From contig CM060734.1 of assembly GCA_030704615.1 (NCBI GenBank), forward strand, positions 3,286,001 to 3,350,000: a DNA stretch of 64,000 bases, given 5' to 3'. Each line of letters opens with the position of its first letter. Position 1 is the stretch's first letter. This document shows positions 1 through 11,693 of this stretch, piece by piece. This DNA comes from Takakia lepidozioides. Taxonomy: Eukaryota > Plantae > Bryophyta. Below the pieces are notes generated by a model, which was not told the origin of the DNA, searched no databases, and saw only the letters and a list, made by a program, of their open reading frames with translations. The position numbers were made by a program, and so were the translations under genes.

Positions 1-954
1 TTCCTTGGCTGGTGTTTCAGAAACTGGACTTCCCGCTCTTGGTGTACCGTGCCAACTCCGATCAAAGATTTCTGTTAAATCTTTTATCCAGGGATTCACC
101 TCTGACCTTTCCCCTTGAGGCTGACCTTCTTCCTGTACCAAATCTCTTAATCTTTCTTGTAAAGAATAGGAAGGAGTGACATCTAAATTAGGATCTTCTG
201 GTATGGGTGATGTACTCTCTGGTCCTGGTGGTGTGAGAGGTCCAGATGATTCCCCTATGTCTATTCCTCTCTCCCAGAGATATGGATAATTAGCTTTTAA
301 ATAATTTTTTTTTTTGGCTAATATCTCTGAAGTCTCGCTTCCCTTTCATCACTCATGACCCATGTCTTTCATGTCTTTGATGAGGCAATAACCAAAACTC
401 TCTCCTGTAATATCTCTTGTATATGCCTGGATTTCTTTCAAGCTTTAATGCACCCTTGGCTAGACTAGAAGACTCCGGTACCATATATCCATATGGTAAG
501 CAGGTCTAAAAAGTTGTTTTTGGTGTAAGCTTGATCCAAATGATATCCTTTGGAATCCAATTCTTTACCAATTCAAGCTCTTCATGCATATGAGTGTAAA
601 CATTCACTCTTGATTCTTCCCAACTTTCGAACTCAACTCATTTAATGGATAGCAACGCTATCACATAAACCAATGTTGTTAACCATCTCGCTCTCCCTTT
701 ACAGGCCACTTGATAAATCTTTATCACTCTTTTTTCCAAATCCCACTCTGGATCAACATCATGCACTCTCTTGGGAATATTTTCCTTGCAACCGTCTGGC
801 AATTCCAAGAACTTCTGAAAGAATTGTTTGGACAATCTTTCTTTCTCAGTTTCACAGGGAATTTGATTCACATCAAATTCTTTTATTCTCCATCCTCCAT
901 GATCCCACCAGATGCCTGTCACATCTGGGTGTTCTTTTGTTCTTGAATCAGTTC
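1..954 (-). mobile_element. 5' internal region of an LTR retrotransposon (degenerate ORF remnants), running off the window start
   Basis: Lies directly downstream (minus strand) of a PBS and LTR end. Only broken ORFs such as 638..922, with no recognisable domain. Confidence 0.5.
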
Positions 955-970
955 CCCAGTATGGTCGCCA
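955..970 (-). promoter_or_regulatory. Primer-binding site, tRNA-Arg-like (TGGCGACCATACTGGG)
   Basis: Minus strand reads TCAACA-TT-TGGCGACCATACTGGG: an LTR CA end followed by a near-complement of a plant tRNA-Arg 3' end. The tRNA identity is from memory. Confidence 0.6.
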
Positions 971-972
971 AA

Positions 973-1900
973 TGTTGAGCGGCTTTTACTCACCCATCCC
1001 TTAGCTATCCGGGGTGGAAACTCTAGGTTAAAAGAATTAGAAATCTCTAAGTACTCAGCCCGCTCAGAACAATCAGTCATGACCTACACCTAGTGTATCA
1101 TGGGGGTGTTTTCCTATATCTATTCCTTCTTGCATTCATGTTTAGCATGTTACCTTACTGCCTAAGATTAAGTATCAGATTGCTTCTGCAATCTACCAAG
1201 TTCCATCTTTATAACTTAAGCATACATTCCACGGCTTCACGCAGGTCTCTCTACACAATGTGAGTATGAAGTAGGAATCGTATTAATAACTGTCATATGT
1301 CAGGCCGAAGCCATGGTGTCTCTATTCTACCCTACAGTAACATCTCTACCGCTTGCATGTATCAAGCTCTCTCCGTTGTCTCTCTCCTCCTCCATGTACT
1401 CCCTGTCCATGCGCCCCAGAAGTGATGCCCTCTCTGTAGCTACTCTGCATAATGAACCCACGAGCTGTTCTAACCGTCTAACTAACTAACTGCCAGCCAA
1501 GACAATATGTAGGTACTGCCGTTCCTTATGTTGTTGGAACATGGGGATCAAAGTAGGGGGACCAGACACATGGGGGGATGTTAGTAGAGGGGAGCAAACA
1601 TGTGCGGAGAGTAGTGGATGTGACATGCATGGCGATTGTGTGGTCAGGGAGGTGACACGTGGGCAGGGAACACAGGGGGAACGGTGGGGGAACATAGAGA
1701 CATATGGAACACACGGGGGACCAGACGGTGGGGGAGCAGAAACTCGGGATGGATTGGATATTGGGGGATTTTGCAAATGAGGGATTGAGAGGAGGCAACA
1801 TCTGAGAGGAAGGGGACCAAAACTGCAGGGGCAGGGAAACATGAGAAGGAGATCGTTGTGTAGGAGGAATAAAACACCATGCTAGGACGAAAAAGAAATC
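973..1900 (-). mobile_element. 5' LTR, same family as the LTR at 14872-15824; outer boundary approximate
   Basis: 973-~1510 is a clear reverse-complement homologue of ~15260-15824 (GTTAGTTAGTTAG, CCATGGCTTCGGCCTGA, GGTCATGACTGATTGTTCTGAGCGGG, AAAAGCCGCTC-ACA end). Confidence 0.75.
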
Positions 1901-1916
1901 CCTATAAGTGCATGCA

Positions 1917-3681
1917 TTATGAGCTGGCCGACCCCATGAAAGCTCGAACTCGGCTCACATCCGTGGGGTGTGGAATCTGTGCAATGGCCTCTACCTTAGT
2001 CTGCTGCACCCCCAATCCTCTATGATATATCATGTGGCCCAGATACTCAATCTGGTTGTGGAAGAACTTGCACTTTCCCAGATGTAATTTCAATCCGTGC
2101 ACTCTCAAGCGCTCAAACACCACCTGAAGGTGTCTCTTGTGCTCCTCCACCGTAGCACTAAAGATGACGATGTCATCTATGTAGCACCGAGCAAAATCCA
2201 CCCCTGCTAGAATCCTGTCCATGACTCTCTAGAACTCTGCAGGAGCGTTCTTAAGCCCGAATGGTAAGAACCGCCACTGATATAGGCAATTCTTCCCGTG
2301 CTCATTAATCCCCCAGAATGTCGTCTTCTGCTTGTCCGCCTCCTTGATCGGCAACTGGTGATATCCGGACCGCAAGTCCAGAGTGCTAAAGACCTTGGCA
2401 TGCCCAATGGCATCAAAGATCTCCTCAGGTATGGGCATGGCATACTTATTGGACTTGGTCTGATGATTTATAGGCCGGTAGTCACCGCACATACGTCTCT
2501 CCGTCCAATTGCCATAGACATCCTTCTTGGCTGGCATCACCGTGGCTGAAACATACTCTCCACCAAAGAGCTCCACCAAACTAGTCTCCCAGAGATCTTG
2601 AGTCCTCATCTGAATCAAAGACCTCTCCATGTCATTGTATCTATAGGGTCTCCGAAAGATTGGCGTGTCCGTGGCCAACTCAATACGAATCTCCTGACCC
2701 TTCAGTGCTCCCAAATCCTTCAAACTGAAGGCAACGCAATTCCTGTAAGCCCTCAGGAACCGCCGTATACGTTGTCTCTCTCCTCCAGTGACAATGGGTC
2801 CAATGTTAGGCTCCCAATTGTCCTCCGTAACTGCAACTTAAGTCCAACAGACTTAGAGGTAGGAGACGCGTCTCGTGGTTGCTATGCCGCAACCTCATGA
2901 GCAGTACTCCCTGCCTGCTCAGTCAATGACAAGGCCTCATCCTGCCCCATCATCTCATCTTTGAGGACCTCCTCAACCCGAGAAGAATCCCCAACCTCAT
3001 CCATCACAGCCGCCTTGGCTGCCAACTCCCTCTGAACCTCGAGCACCTCCCACGTGTGCCATGGATGTCTACACCCCGTGGTCCTCACCGGCTCGCCCCC
3101 ACTCACTGCCTGTACCGTCTCAGTAGGTAGAGAGACCGTCAAGGGAAGTGCACTCCGCACTCTACGTTGCTCAGCCATAGCCAAGCTGATAATCCAGGTC
3201 AAGCAATTGAGATCCATCGCTTGCCCCAACACCTGACGACGTGATGCCTCAGAAAGAGAAGGCACCCCCGTGGTCCCTGTGGAAAAACCCATAGCCCGCT
3301 CTCGCTCGTCGGCATTAGGCTCCACTAACTGCTGCAACTGAGCATCCCACAGGAGGCCAGGTCCACTATCCCGGAAAGCATGCGATCCTGGGAAGCTGAG
3401 CAGTGTAGGTAGTGTTGCTTGTGGTTGACCCATCTTGTTGACCACTGCCAAAGGCAGACGGTCATTGTGTCTCACACCCTAAGACTGCCTCCCCGTGTCC
3501 AAAATGCTATCCACTGTGAGGTGTGCTGGCCGCTGCACCCCATCAAATGCACGCTTGAGTAGTGCGGGTGGCATCAAGTTAGTCCACCATAACCGTGGAC
3601 GATGAGCCCGCGATCCTACTGCAACTGTATCTAGCAACGCTACTGACCCAAGCCACGACCGGACTTGATGCACACTGGCCA
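1917..3681 (-). pseudogene. Fragment of the DNMT-carrying Gypsy pol (C-terminal half of C5-methyltransferase, linker and RT)
   Basis: ORFs 3479..3700 (AHRPRLWWTNL), 2882..3475 (ERERAMGF, LGQAMD), 2229..2723 and 1917..2222 (LPFGLKNAP, YIDD) are collinear and highly similar to ~56370-58117. Confidence 0.9.
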
Positions 3682-3759
3682 AATGGCTTGTGTGGGGCAC
3701 GACAATTGGTTGTGAAGAAATGCCTAAGTCCCTAGGGTGCCTGCTCCCGAGACAGGGAA

Positions 3760-4730
3760 AAAGGCGTCGAATTTCCAGTTTCGGTGGAAGCCACCCCAGG
3801 GACTAGCCATTTGGAAGCCCTGAATCTAGAAATTCGCCGCCATTTTCCCAGCTTGTGAGTGCCCAGAATGGCTAAGTCCAATGAGGTGCTCGCCACAAAC
3901 CTGGAAAAATGGCACCAAATTTGCAGTTTAGGTGCCATCCACCCTGGGGACTTCGCCATTTCTTGCCCCCGGAACTGGAAATTCGGCGCCATTTTCTCCC
4001 AATTTGATCCAAAAATGGCCAAGTCCCAGAAGGGGCTGGCCCCCAACTTGGAAAAATGGCGCCAAATTTCCAGTATTGGTGCCAGCCACCCTAGGGACTT
4101 AGCCATTTCCGGGGCCCGGAACTGGAAATTCGGCGCCAATTTTCCAGGTTGGGTCCGAAAGTGGCCAAGTCCCAGAAGGGCTGGCTACCAACTTGGAAAA
4201 ATGGTGCCGAATTTCCAGTATCGGTGCCAGCCACCCCCGGGACTTAGCCATTTTCGGGGCACGGAACTGGAAATTCGGCGCCATTTTTCCAGGTTGAGTC
4301 CGAAAGTGGCTAAGTCCCAGAAAGGGCTGGACCCCAACCTAGAAAAATGGCCTGAATTTCCAATGTCGGTGCCAGTCACCCCCGGGACTTAGCCATTTTT
4401 GGGGCACGGAACTGGAAATTCGGCGCCATTTTTCCAGGTTGGGTCCGAAAGTGGCTAAGTCCCAGAAAGGGTTGGGCCCCAACCTGGAAAAATGGCGCCG
4501 AATTTCCAGTTTCGGTGCCAGCCAACCCAAGGACTTAGCCATTTCTGGGGCCCGAAAGTGGAAATTCGGCGCCATTTTTCTAGGTTGGGCCCCAAAACGG
4601 CTAAGTCCCAGAATGGGCTGCCTCGCCCTTGGGAAAAATGGCGCCAAATTATCACTTTCGTTGCCCGACACCCTGGGGAGCCGGGACCAGCGGGCCCACC
4701 CTGCATGGAAATTCGGCGCCATTTTTGCAA
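3760..4730. repeat. Tandem array of ~145-147-bp internally palindromic units
   Basis: GGAACTGGAAATTCGGCGCC recurs at 3971, 4118, 4263, 4408 and ~4554. Each unit also holds the inverted copy (CCCAACCTGGAAAAATGGCGCCGAATTTCC) and a TGGCTAAGTCCC/GGGACTTAGCCA pair. Confidence 0.9.
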
Positions 4731-4793
4731 TTTCTTGACGAAACATTAACCTCATTCCCGGGACCTAATTCTTTGTGGGATTCTTGAATGCAG

Positions 4794-7139
4794 GTACTGC
4801 AAGTTCTCCCTATTGGAGAAAGGTCATCTGTCCTTCGAGTCGCCATTCTTCCTCGCATGGAGGAACCCTGGCGCTGACTCTATGTACATTGATGTTATCG
4901 TGAAGGAGTGGCATCTGGAGCATTTGTGCGACTGTCTTTGGTATGTGGACCTTCCGCCCGGAGGGCTTGACGCCTCCGAGTTTCAATTGAAGCTGGATGC
5001 TGAGGCCCGCCGAAACTGGGCTCCGCTGCCTCCGCTGGGTCCAAAGGAGGCGAAAGCGCTTGCCAAGTCCAGGAAAGCGGCAGAGCTTGCTTAGGCATGT
5101 ATTCAGGAGAAGTTGAATGAGAAGAAAAAATGGTTGAAGAAAAGGACACGGAAACAGGGGATTGCAGTAACCCCAAAAAAAATAGAAAACCAGCGGGGCA
5201 CGAGAGGAGGCGCAGGAGGGGCCCGAAGGGAGTGACTCTGATGACGACTTTGTGTAAGGTCCTGCGACTGCTGCTGCAGCTACTACCAAGTCACCGGTTG
5301 TCTGGGTTCCCAAGTCAATTCGGACTGGGACTGGCTCTGCCAAGAAGTTGGGATTTGAGGGCGAGCCTACACGGCGGTATTTGGCAGTGATGTTTCCCCA
5401 TAGGCCAAAGCTAGAACCCCCAACAATCATCCAATGCATCAATGAGAGCTTCCTTGACGCTCTAGCTGCTAGGGCGAAGAAGGTGGCACATAGCAAGTCT
5501 CTGGAGGAGCTGAAGGGGAAAGCGAAGAAGAGGGCTACCGCTACAGAGCCTAAAGACACCCTAGTTTAGAAGCCATGATGGAATTCTTCACGGCTGTGAG
5601 CGGATTGTAAGAGCACCCGGGGGGGGGGGGGGGTGTTTGAGGTGGAGAGAGCCTGCGATATGATTCTCCTCGATATTCCAGATGGGGAGCTGCTGGAGGG
5701 CCTGGATGGTGTGCCCACTTGGAACAAGTTTACTGAGGACTACTGGAGAGCCGGGTTTGGGCTGGCAGGGATGCTCTTGGATGACGGTGGATGTATGGTG
5801 GTCTTTGCCACAAGAGGGAAGACCACATAGAATGATGTGGCAAGGTGGACACCAAAAAGTGCCACCCCGGTCCTCCTCAAAAAATGGTTCTGCATCAATA
5901 CGCAGGGGTTGCAAACAAAGGGCCAGAGTGTAAGTTATCAATCTATTGCATTCACTTTATATCGTGGTGTATCTAAACTAGACCTTGGAGTTGATCCCTC
6001 TTTTGTTGGATGTGCAGACATTGGTGTTTGAGGCATATTGTTTTGTGAAGAGAGGGTCTACGTTCAAATTCTGCAACGACGGTCGTCTTCTTGATGTCGC
6101 TGTGGACCTTGTTACCTACGATGTCCTCTACAACTATGTGCCCCACTCCAGTATGCCGAAGGACACAAAGACAGGCAAACCGTGGTGGTACAGCCGGACC
6201 CAGAGCCCTGCTTTCATCCAAACCCTCATGAGACGTGCTCCGATGTCCAAGGGTGGATTCTTGACCTCACATGCGGCACGGGTAAGCCTTCACGTGCACA
6301 GTATGTCCCGTGGCCCAATTACAATTGCATGCCGCATGTTACTAACCGCCCGCGTTGTCCCTCAGGTGCTTCAATGTGGGCTGGGACATTGTCCGACAGG
6401 CATGTCTTTGCCTTCAAGCCAGATATTGCCCTCCACAACTCGGAACTAGCAGCGGCTGACGTCTGCCGAAAGAGGAAGAGGCATCCTCGGAGGATGAGGA
6501 AAAATCCGAGAAGGAGAGGTACAAGTTGGGATCGAGGCCGAGGAGCCCCCGGTTTACGAGTGAGTGGTCGCATTGTAAGTTGCCTCCTGATGTCATGAGG
6601 CACCTCCCTTCACTCTCTTATTTCATTGGCCAACCCTTTCTGCTTCTGTTGGTATTGACATTCTTGAAGTGGATTTGTTCTTACCGCAGGATGCCAAGTA
6701 CTGCAGGAGGGATGTCTACACCGCATTTCATGGGCAGGAGGAATGTGCCTTTTTTTGCCAGGGGGATTTCATGCCGAGTCCAGAAAGGGACTACATCCTT
6801 CCTACTTATGCTGCCCGGCTTGCTTCGGTGTCCATTAGGAGGTCTTCCGAACCTAGTCGTGTACATCAGATTTTAGACGAGGCAAGCCTCAAGAAAATGA
6901 AAATAAGGGAGGAGGCAACAGCTATTAGAGCTCGTCAGTCTTGTAGATTTGTCTTGGATTCTGCTGAGGAAAGTGGGGGAGAAGAGGCAAAAGATTCCCA
7001 GGAGGTGAGGTGGACAGTCCCCCAAGGAGAGGACGGTATTTTTGAGAGGCATAGTGGAACTGATGCATCTCAGAGCTCAGAGGATGGGGGGGATGAGGAG
7101 GAAGGTGGGGCAAGTTCCTCGGAGGGTGTAGGAGAGTAG
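4794..7139 (+). pseudogene. Spliced, decayed beta-class DNA N6-adenine/N4-cytosine methyltransferase-like gene
   Basis: Motif IV-like CDMILLDIPDG (DIPD at 5672-5683), LAGMLLDDGGCMVVF, then KPWWYSRTQSPAFIQTLM(E)TCSDVQGWILDLTCGTGAS (motif I) and AGTLSDRHVFAFKPD. GT-AG introns at 5930-6017, 6282-6365 and 6575-6689 join in frame. Contains in-frame stops and a frameshift near 6230. Confidence 0.75.
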
Positions 7140-7499
7140 TGCCCATTCCGACTATGACAGTTAGGGCACACTTGTATAGATGTGGCTCGCAACAAAATTT
7201 GCAATAAAATGTTACATTTCATTGCTATGACGAGTCCAGTGGTGCCACATTCCAACTTCAAATGACCCTATTTCCGTGCCTCCTAACCTTATTTCCGTGG
7301 ACACACAATGGTCTGCTCATGTTTTTTTTTTTTTTCCGCTCATGCTCATGCCGTTCATGAAATAGCAGCCCCCGGTGCAGGCAACACAAGGGCAGCAGCA
7401 GCAAGAGAATACTTCCAATTTGGAATTATTACTCTCACAACAACAAGTTTTAGACACAACAGCATGGGATACTGGATTGGAGGAAGCACCAGGCAACGC

Positions 7500-10310
7500 A
7501 ATTCTCCAGGCAACAATCCAGACAATCACAGTTGAAGAGCAGGTGAGAGAAGTGAATGTGGGAACTGAGGAGGAACCAAGAATGGTGAAAGTTGGGGCTT
7601 GGAGCCTGAATTCTTTGAGGAAGCTAAGAGCTTATTTATCAAATACAAAGACGTATTTGCCTGGAGCTATGAAGACCTGAAGGGGATACCCCCTGAAATA
7701 TGCTAGCACAAGATTGAATTGGAACCAGGTTCTGTACCAATCAAACAGGCAAGATACTGGATGAATCCCAACTATGCACAGAAGGTTGGAGAGGAGATAA
7801 AGAAGCTGGCTGAGGCTAAGTTTATATACCCAATAGAGTATACAACTTGGCTATCATCCATCGTGATAGTTCCCAAGAAGAATGGCAAACTGAGAGTTTG
7901 TGTGAACTATAAGAAGTTGAATGATTGTACAAAGAAAGATCCATTTCCTTTGCCATTCACAGAAGTTGTACTGGACATTGTGGCAGGCCATGAGATGTAC
8001 TCATTCATGGATGGCTTCAGTGGGTATAACCAAGTACAAGTAGCTGAAGAGGATCAGGGAAAGACAACTTTCATTACTGACTGGGGTGCTTATGCATACA
8101 AAGTCATGCCTTTTGGACTTTGTAATGCACCAGCAACTTTCCAGAGAGTGATAAGTGAATCTTTCCATGAGTACTTGGATGATTTCATGCAAGTGTTCTT
8201 AGATGACTTCAGTGTGTATAGCTCTAAGAATGAGCACTTGCAGAAATTGGAGTTATGTTTGGCCAGATGCAGGATGAGAGGTCTTGGGTTGAATCCAGAA
8301 AAATGTACTTTCTGTGTGAACTCAGGAGTTCTTTTGGGACACATTGTGTGTCAAAAAGGACTGCTTGTAGATCCTAGAAAGACAGAGGCTATTAAAGCCT
8401 CACCACCACCAAGTAATGTTAAGGCTCTAAGGAGGTTCCTTGGACAAACCAGTTATTACAGAAGGTTTGTCAGACGATATGCGCAGAAGGCAGCACCATT
8501 GAACAAACTCTTGAAGAAGGATGTAGTGTTTGCATGGACAGCTGAATGTCAACAAGCTTTTGAGGAACTTACATTGTCAGTAACAACTACACTTGTACTG
8601 ATTAACCCTCATTGGCATATGGTATTTCATGTACACTGTGATGCCTCAGGAGAAGCATTGGGGGTTGTGTTAGCCCAAAATGTCACAGGAAACATAGATT
8701 CACCTGTGTATTATGCTAGCAGATTGTTGAATAGTGCTGAAAGAAACTATAGTACCACTGAAAGAGAAGCTTTGGCAATGATTTATTCATCAAGAAATTC
8801 AGGCAATATTTGCTGGGAAGGAAGTTTATGTTCTATGTGGATCATCAAGCTCTGATTTATTTGGTGAGCAAGCCTTTCATAAGTGGAAAGATAGCAAGAT
8901 GGCTGATTATACTGCATGAGTTTGAATTTGAAGTTGTTTACAAACCTGGGTGTTTGCATCTTGTGGCAGATCACTTGTCACGCCTTTCAACAAGAGAGCC
9001 CACCACAGGAGTAGATGATCAACTGCCTGATGCAGGTTTATTTGCAGTAGAAGTACATGGAGCAGATGACTGGATGGATTGGCAGTGGCCAATCAGATAT
9101 TATTTGACTCATGGACAGTGCCCACCCAGTTATGGGAAGGAGCAATAGCTATCAAGGCATTACCATACACTATGATAAGAGGAAGATTGTATAAGCTAGG
9201 ACCTGATGGAGTTCTTAAACGATGCTTGTACCACCATGAGGTAAATAAAGTTTTGGAAGAAGTTCATAAGGGAGTGGCTGGAGGCCATTTTGGAGAAGAG
9301 ATTACCAGTAGGAAAAAATTACTTGCAGGTTACTAGTGGCCCACCTTGTTTAGAGATGTACACAAGTATTGTAAGAGTTGTGATGAGTGCCAGAGGCTAG
9401 GACCCTTGCAAAGATCTGGGAAGATGGCTTTGCATCCTACAATGCCTACTGAACCATTCCAAAAATGGGGATTGGATTTTGTTGGGCCAATCAATCAACC
9501 AGTCAGGAATAGACAGAACAAGTATATAATCACAGCCACTGATTATACCACAAAATGGGTGGAAGCTAAGGCTCTGAGAGACAACATAGCTAAGTCCACA
9601 TCAAGGTTCCTATATGAGAACATTATCACAAGATTTGGCTGTCCCCTGGAATTTATCAGTGACCAGGGAAGTCATTTCATTAATGAGACCATTGAACTGT
9701 TGACTAAGGAGTTCATGATTGTGGACAGGAAGAGTACAACCTATTACCCACAGGGCAATGGGCAGGTAGAGACCACCAACAAAATACTATGCATTATTTT
9801 GGCTAAGATAGTCAATTATGCGAACAGGACAGACTGGGATACAAAGCTATTGATAGCTTTGTGGTCATACAGGACTTAATATAAGATCACCACCAAGTAC
9901 ACACCATCCCAATTAGTTTATGGCATGGAAGCTTTACTTCCGGTAGAATTCTTATTACCTACCATGAGAACTGAATGGGGGAGGAGAATGGAATTGGAGG
10001 ATTCAATTAAAGTAACATGAACTATATCATGTGGAAGAAGTACGTGCTGATGCAGCAGATAACATGGCCATAATTCAGATAAAGAGGAAGGATCAGTTTG
10101 ATGAAGGTAAATTGAAGACTTTTAAAACAGGTGATTTGGTACTGTGGTTGCAGAAGAAGGGAAAGATTAAAGCTTCTAAGCTTAAATCACCATGGAAAGG
10201 ACCTTATGTCATATAGAAGATGTATGATAACAACACAACTATGTTACAAACCATTAACAAAAAGATGTTTGGTAGAGTCAATGCCAATAAGTTGAAGGGA
10301 TACAGTGGTA
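7500..10310 (+). pseudogene. Gypsy pol remnant: RT, RNase H, integrase
   Basis: RT MPFGLCNAPATFQ and VFLDDF; RNase H VHCDAS and NYSTTEREALA; integrase HHCC (EVHKGVAGGHF...CDEC), WGLDFVGP, SDQG; C-terminal SPWKGPY. Several stops and frameshifts. Confidence 0.92.
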
Positions 10311-11693
10311 TCCATGATAGACCATTGCAGCATGATTTGCATCTTGAAACACAGATGCAGTCACAGACGACACCAGTCTATTACAACAAATCACAGCCCA
10401 ACACAGGCGACACAGCCTACACAGGTTGTACAGTCCATAAGGGCAGTGACAGGTGGACACGGGTTAACGTCAGTAAAGTGGCCGGTAAGTGTAAAGACAG
10501 TTTGGAAGTCGAACTCGGAGAATGTGCCATGCGGACAGCAGGAGACGGGAGAGTGTTTGAATTCAAACACGTGGCCTAAGGGGCAAAGCACTCCGCATTG
10601 CATGTACTGCAATAATGAGCGTCATCACACAAGAAGACAAACAAGGCCGTCAAAGTACCTACCCGGTACATCAGCCGAAACTTATTACGAGCCTATTAAT
10701 GCATCCAAAAGACAGGTAACGGAACACTTTACGCGTCCGGGAAAGGGGAACCTTTGCCACATATGCAGTCCTAGTGGTCATTCCAAGATGGAATGTGAAC
10801 AGATTAGTGTAAAAATGAGAAGTTACATAATGAGGCAACGGCCAATCAGCAATGTGAATTTTGTGCAAGAGACTCCATTCAATAAACAAGAACAAGAAAC
10901 TAAGAAGATTATGAGCGGAAGAATAGGTGTTATCCCGGATAACCAGTGTCTCGACGGGAGGGGCAATCAAAGCTATAACTTTGTAGCTATGGCAGATATC
11001 ACGGACTATACACTAGCTCTACTTCTTACGCAGTGGCGCAAGGAAGGACAGATCGAAAGTACTTTCTCTCTCACTCACTATTTGCAAGCCCCGCAGGCTC
11101 ACACCCATTTGCCTGTTCCATTCTGTGCTAACCACACTTTCATGCTATACGCATTACAAGCTGTCATGCAGTTATTCCAAACAAGGCCTTCTTGTTTGTC
11201 TGGGATGAAGCGAATTAAAGAAATGGAGGATCTACGAGTGAAGAGCACGACGATCTTACAGAGGCAAACAATCGCCACACCACAGGCAGTGCAACTGCTG
11301 AAGGAGTTGCGGTTGGAGGGATTGTTGCGCAAAAAGTGGTCTTTGCATCATCGGGATTTGATGATCCAGTTCATCAATAACTTTGAGCCAAAGACGGGAG
11401 TTACCCAGGTGAAGGGCGTAGATATACAAGTTACTCCGCAGTACTTGCAACAGCTTTTTGAATTACCATCTGGTAATGTGAGTGTGGATGAACACAGGGC
11501 AAGATTGAAAGTAGGGGATCTTTTCCAAGAAATGAGTTTTTTCAGGAACCAGGGATTCACTTGCACCAAAGCCGAGTATCTAGGGTTGAGGGAAATTGGC
11601 CAGGTACTAAATATTCTGTTTGCCATGAAACAGAACCAACAGTATCTTAGCAGATCTTTTACGGAGGAGGTTTTGACGCTTGGGCAGAGATGA
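10305..11693 (+). CDS. Extra ORF 3' of integrase with a CCHC zinc knuckle and an Athila/plant-mobile-domain-like segment
   Basis: 462-codon open frame with CHICSPSGHSKMEC and LMIQFINNF...VKGVDIQVTPQYLQQLFELP. The family assignment of the second segment is inference. Confidence 0.55.
   Translation: MVSMIDHCSMICILKHRCSHRRHQSITTNHSPTQATQPTQVVQSIRAVTGGHGLTSVKWPVSVKTVWKSNSENVPCGQQETGECLNSNTWPKGQSTPHCMYCNNERHHTRRQTRPSKYLPGTSAETYYEPINASKRQVTEHFTRPGKGNLCHICSPSGHSKMECEQISVKMRSYIMRQRPISNVNFVQETPFNKQEQETKKIMSGRIGVIPDNQCLDGRGNQSYNFVAMADITDYTLALLLTQWRKEGQIESTFSLTHYLQAPQAHTHLPVPFCANHTFMLYALQAVMQLFQTRPSCLSGMKRIKEMEDLRVKSTTILQRQTIATPQAVQLLKELRLEGLLRKKWSLHHRDLMIQFINNFEPKTGVTQVKGVDIQVTPQYLQQLFELPSGNVSVDEHRARLKVGDLFQEMSFFRNQGFTCTKAEYLGLREIGQVLNILFAMKQNQQYLSRSFTEEVLTLGQR

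Noticed and set aside
3760-4730. CRISPR-like array
   Set aside because: The sequence between repeats is itself repeated, so there are no unique spacers. No cas genes, and the context is eukaryotic. The same applies to 17290-17730 and 35835-36230.
4794-7139. Bacterial contamination or a restriction-modification system
   Set aside because: Spliceosomal GT-AG introns, plant TE neighbours and no visible endonuclease.
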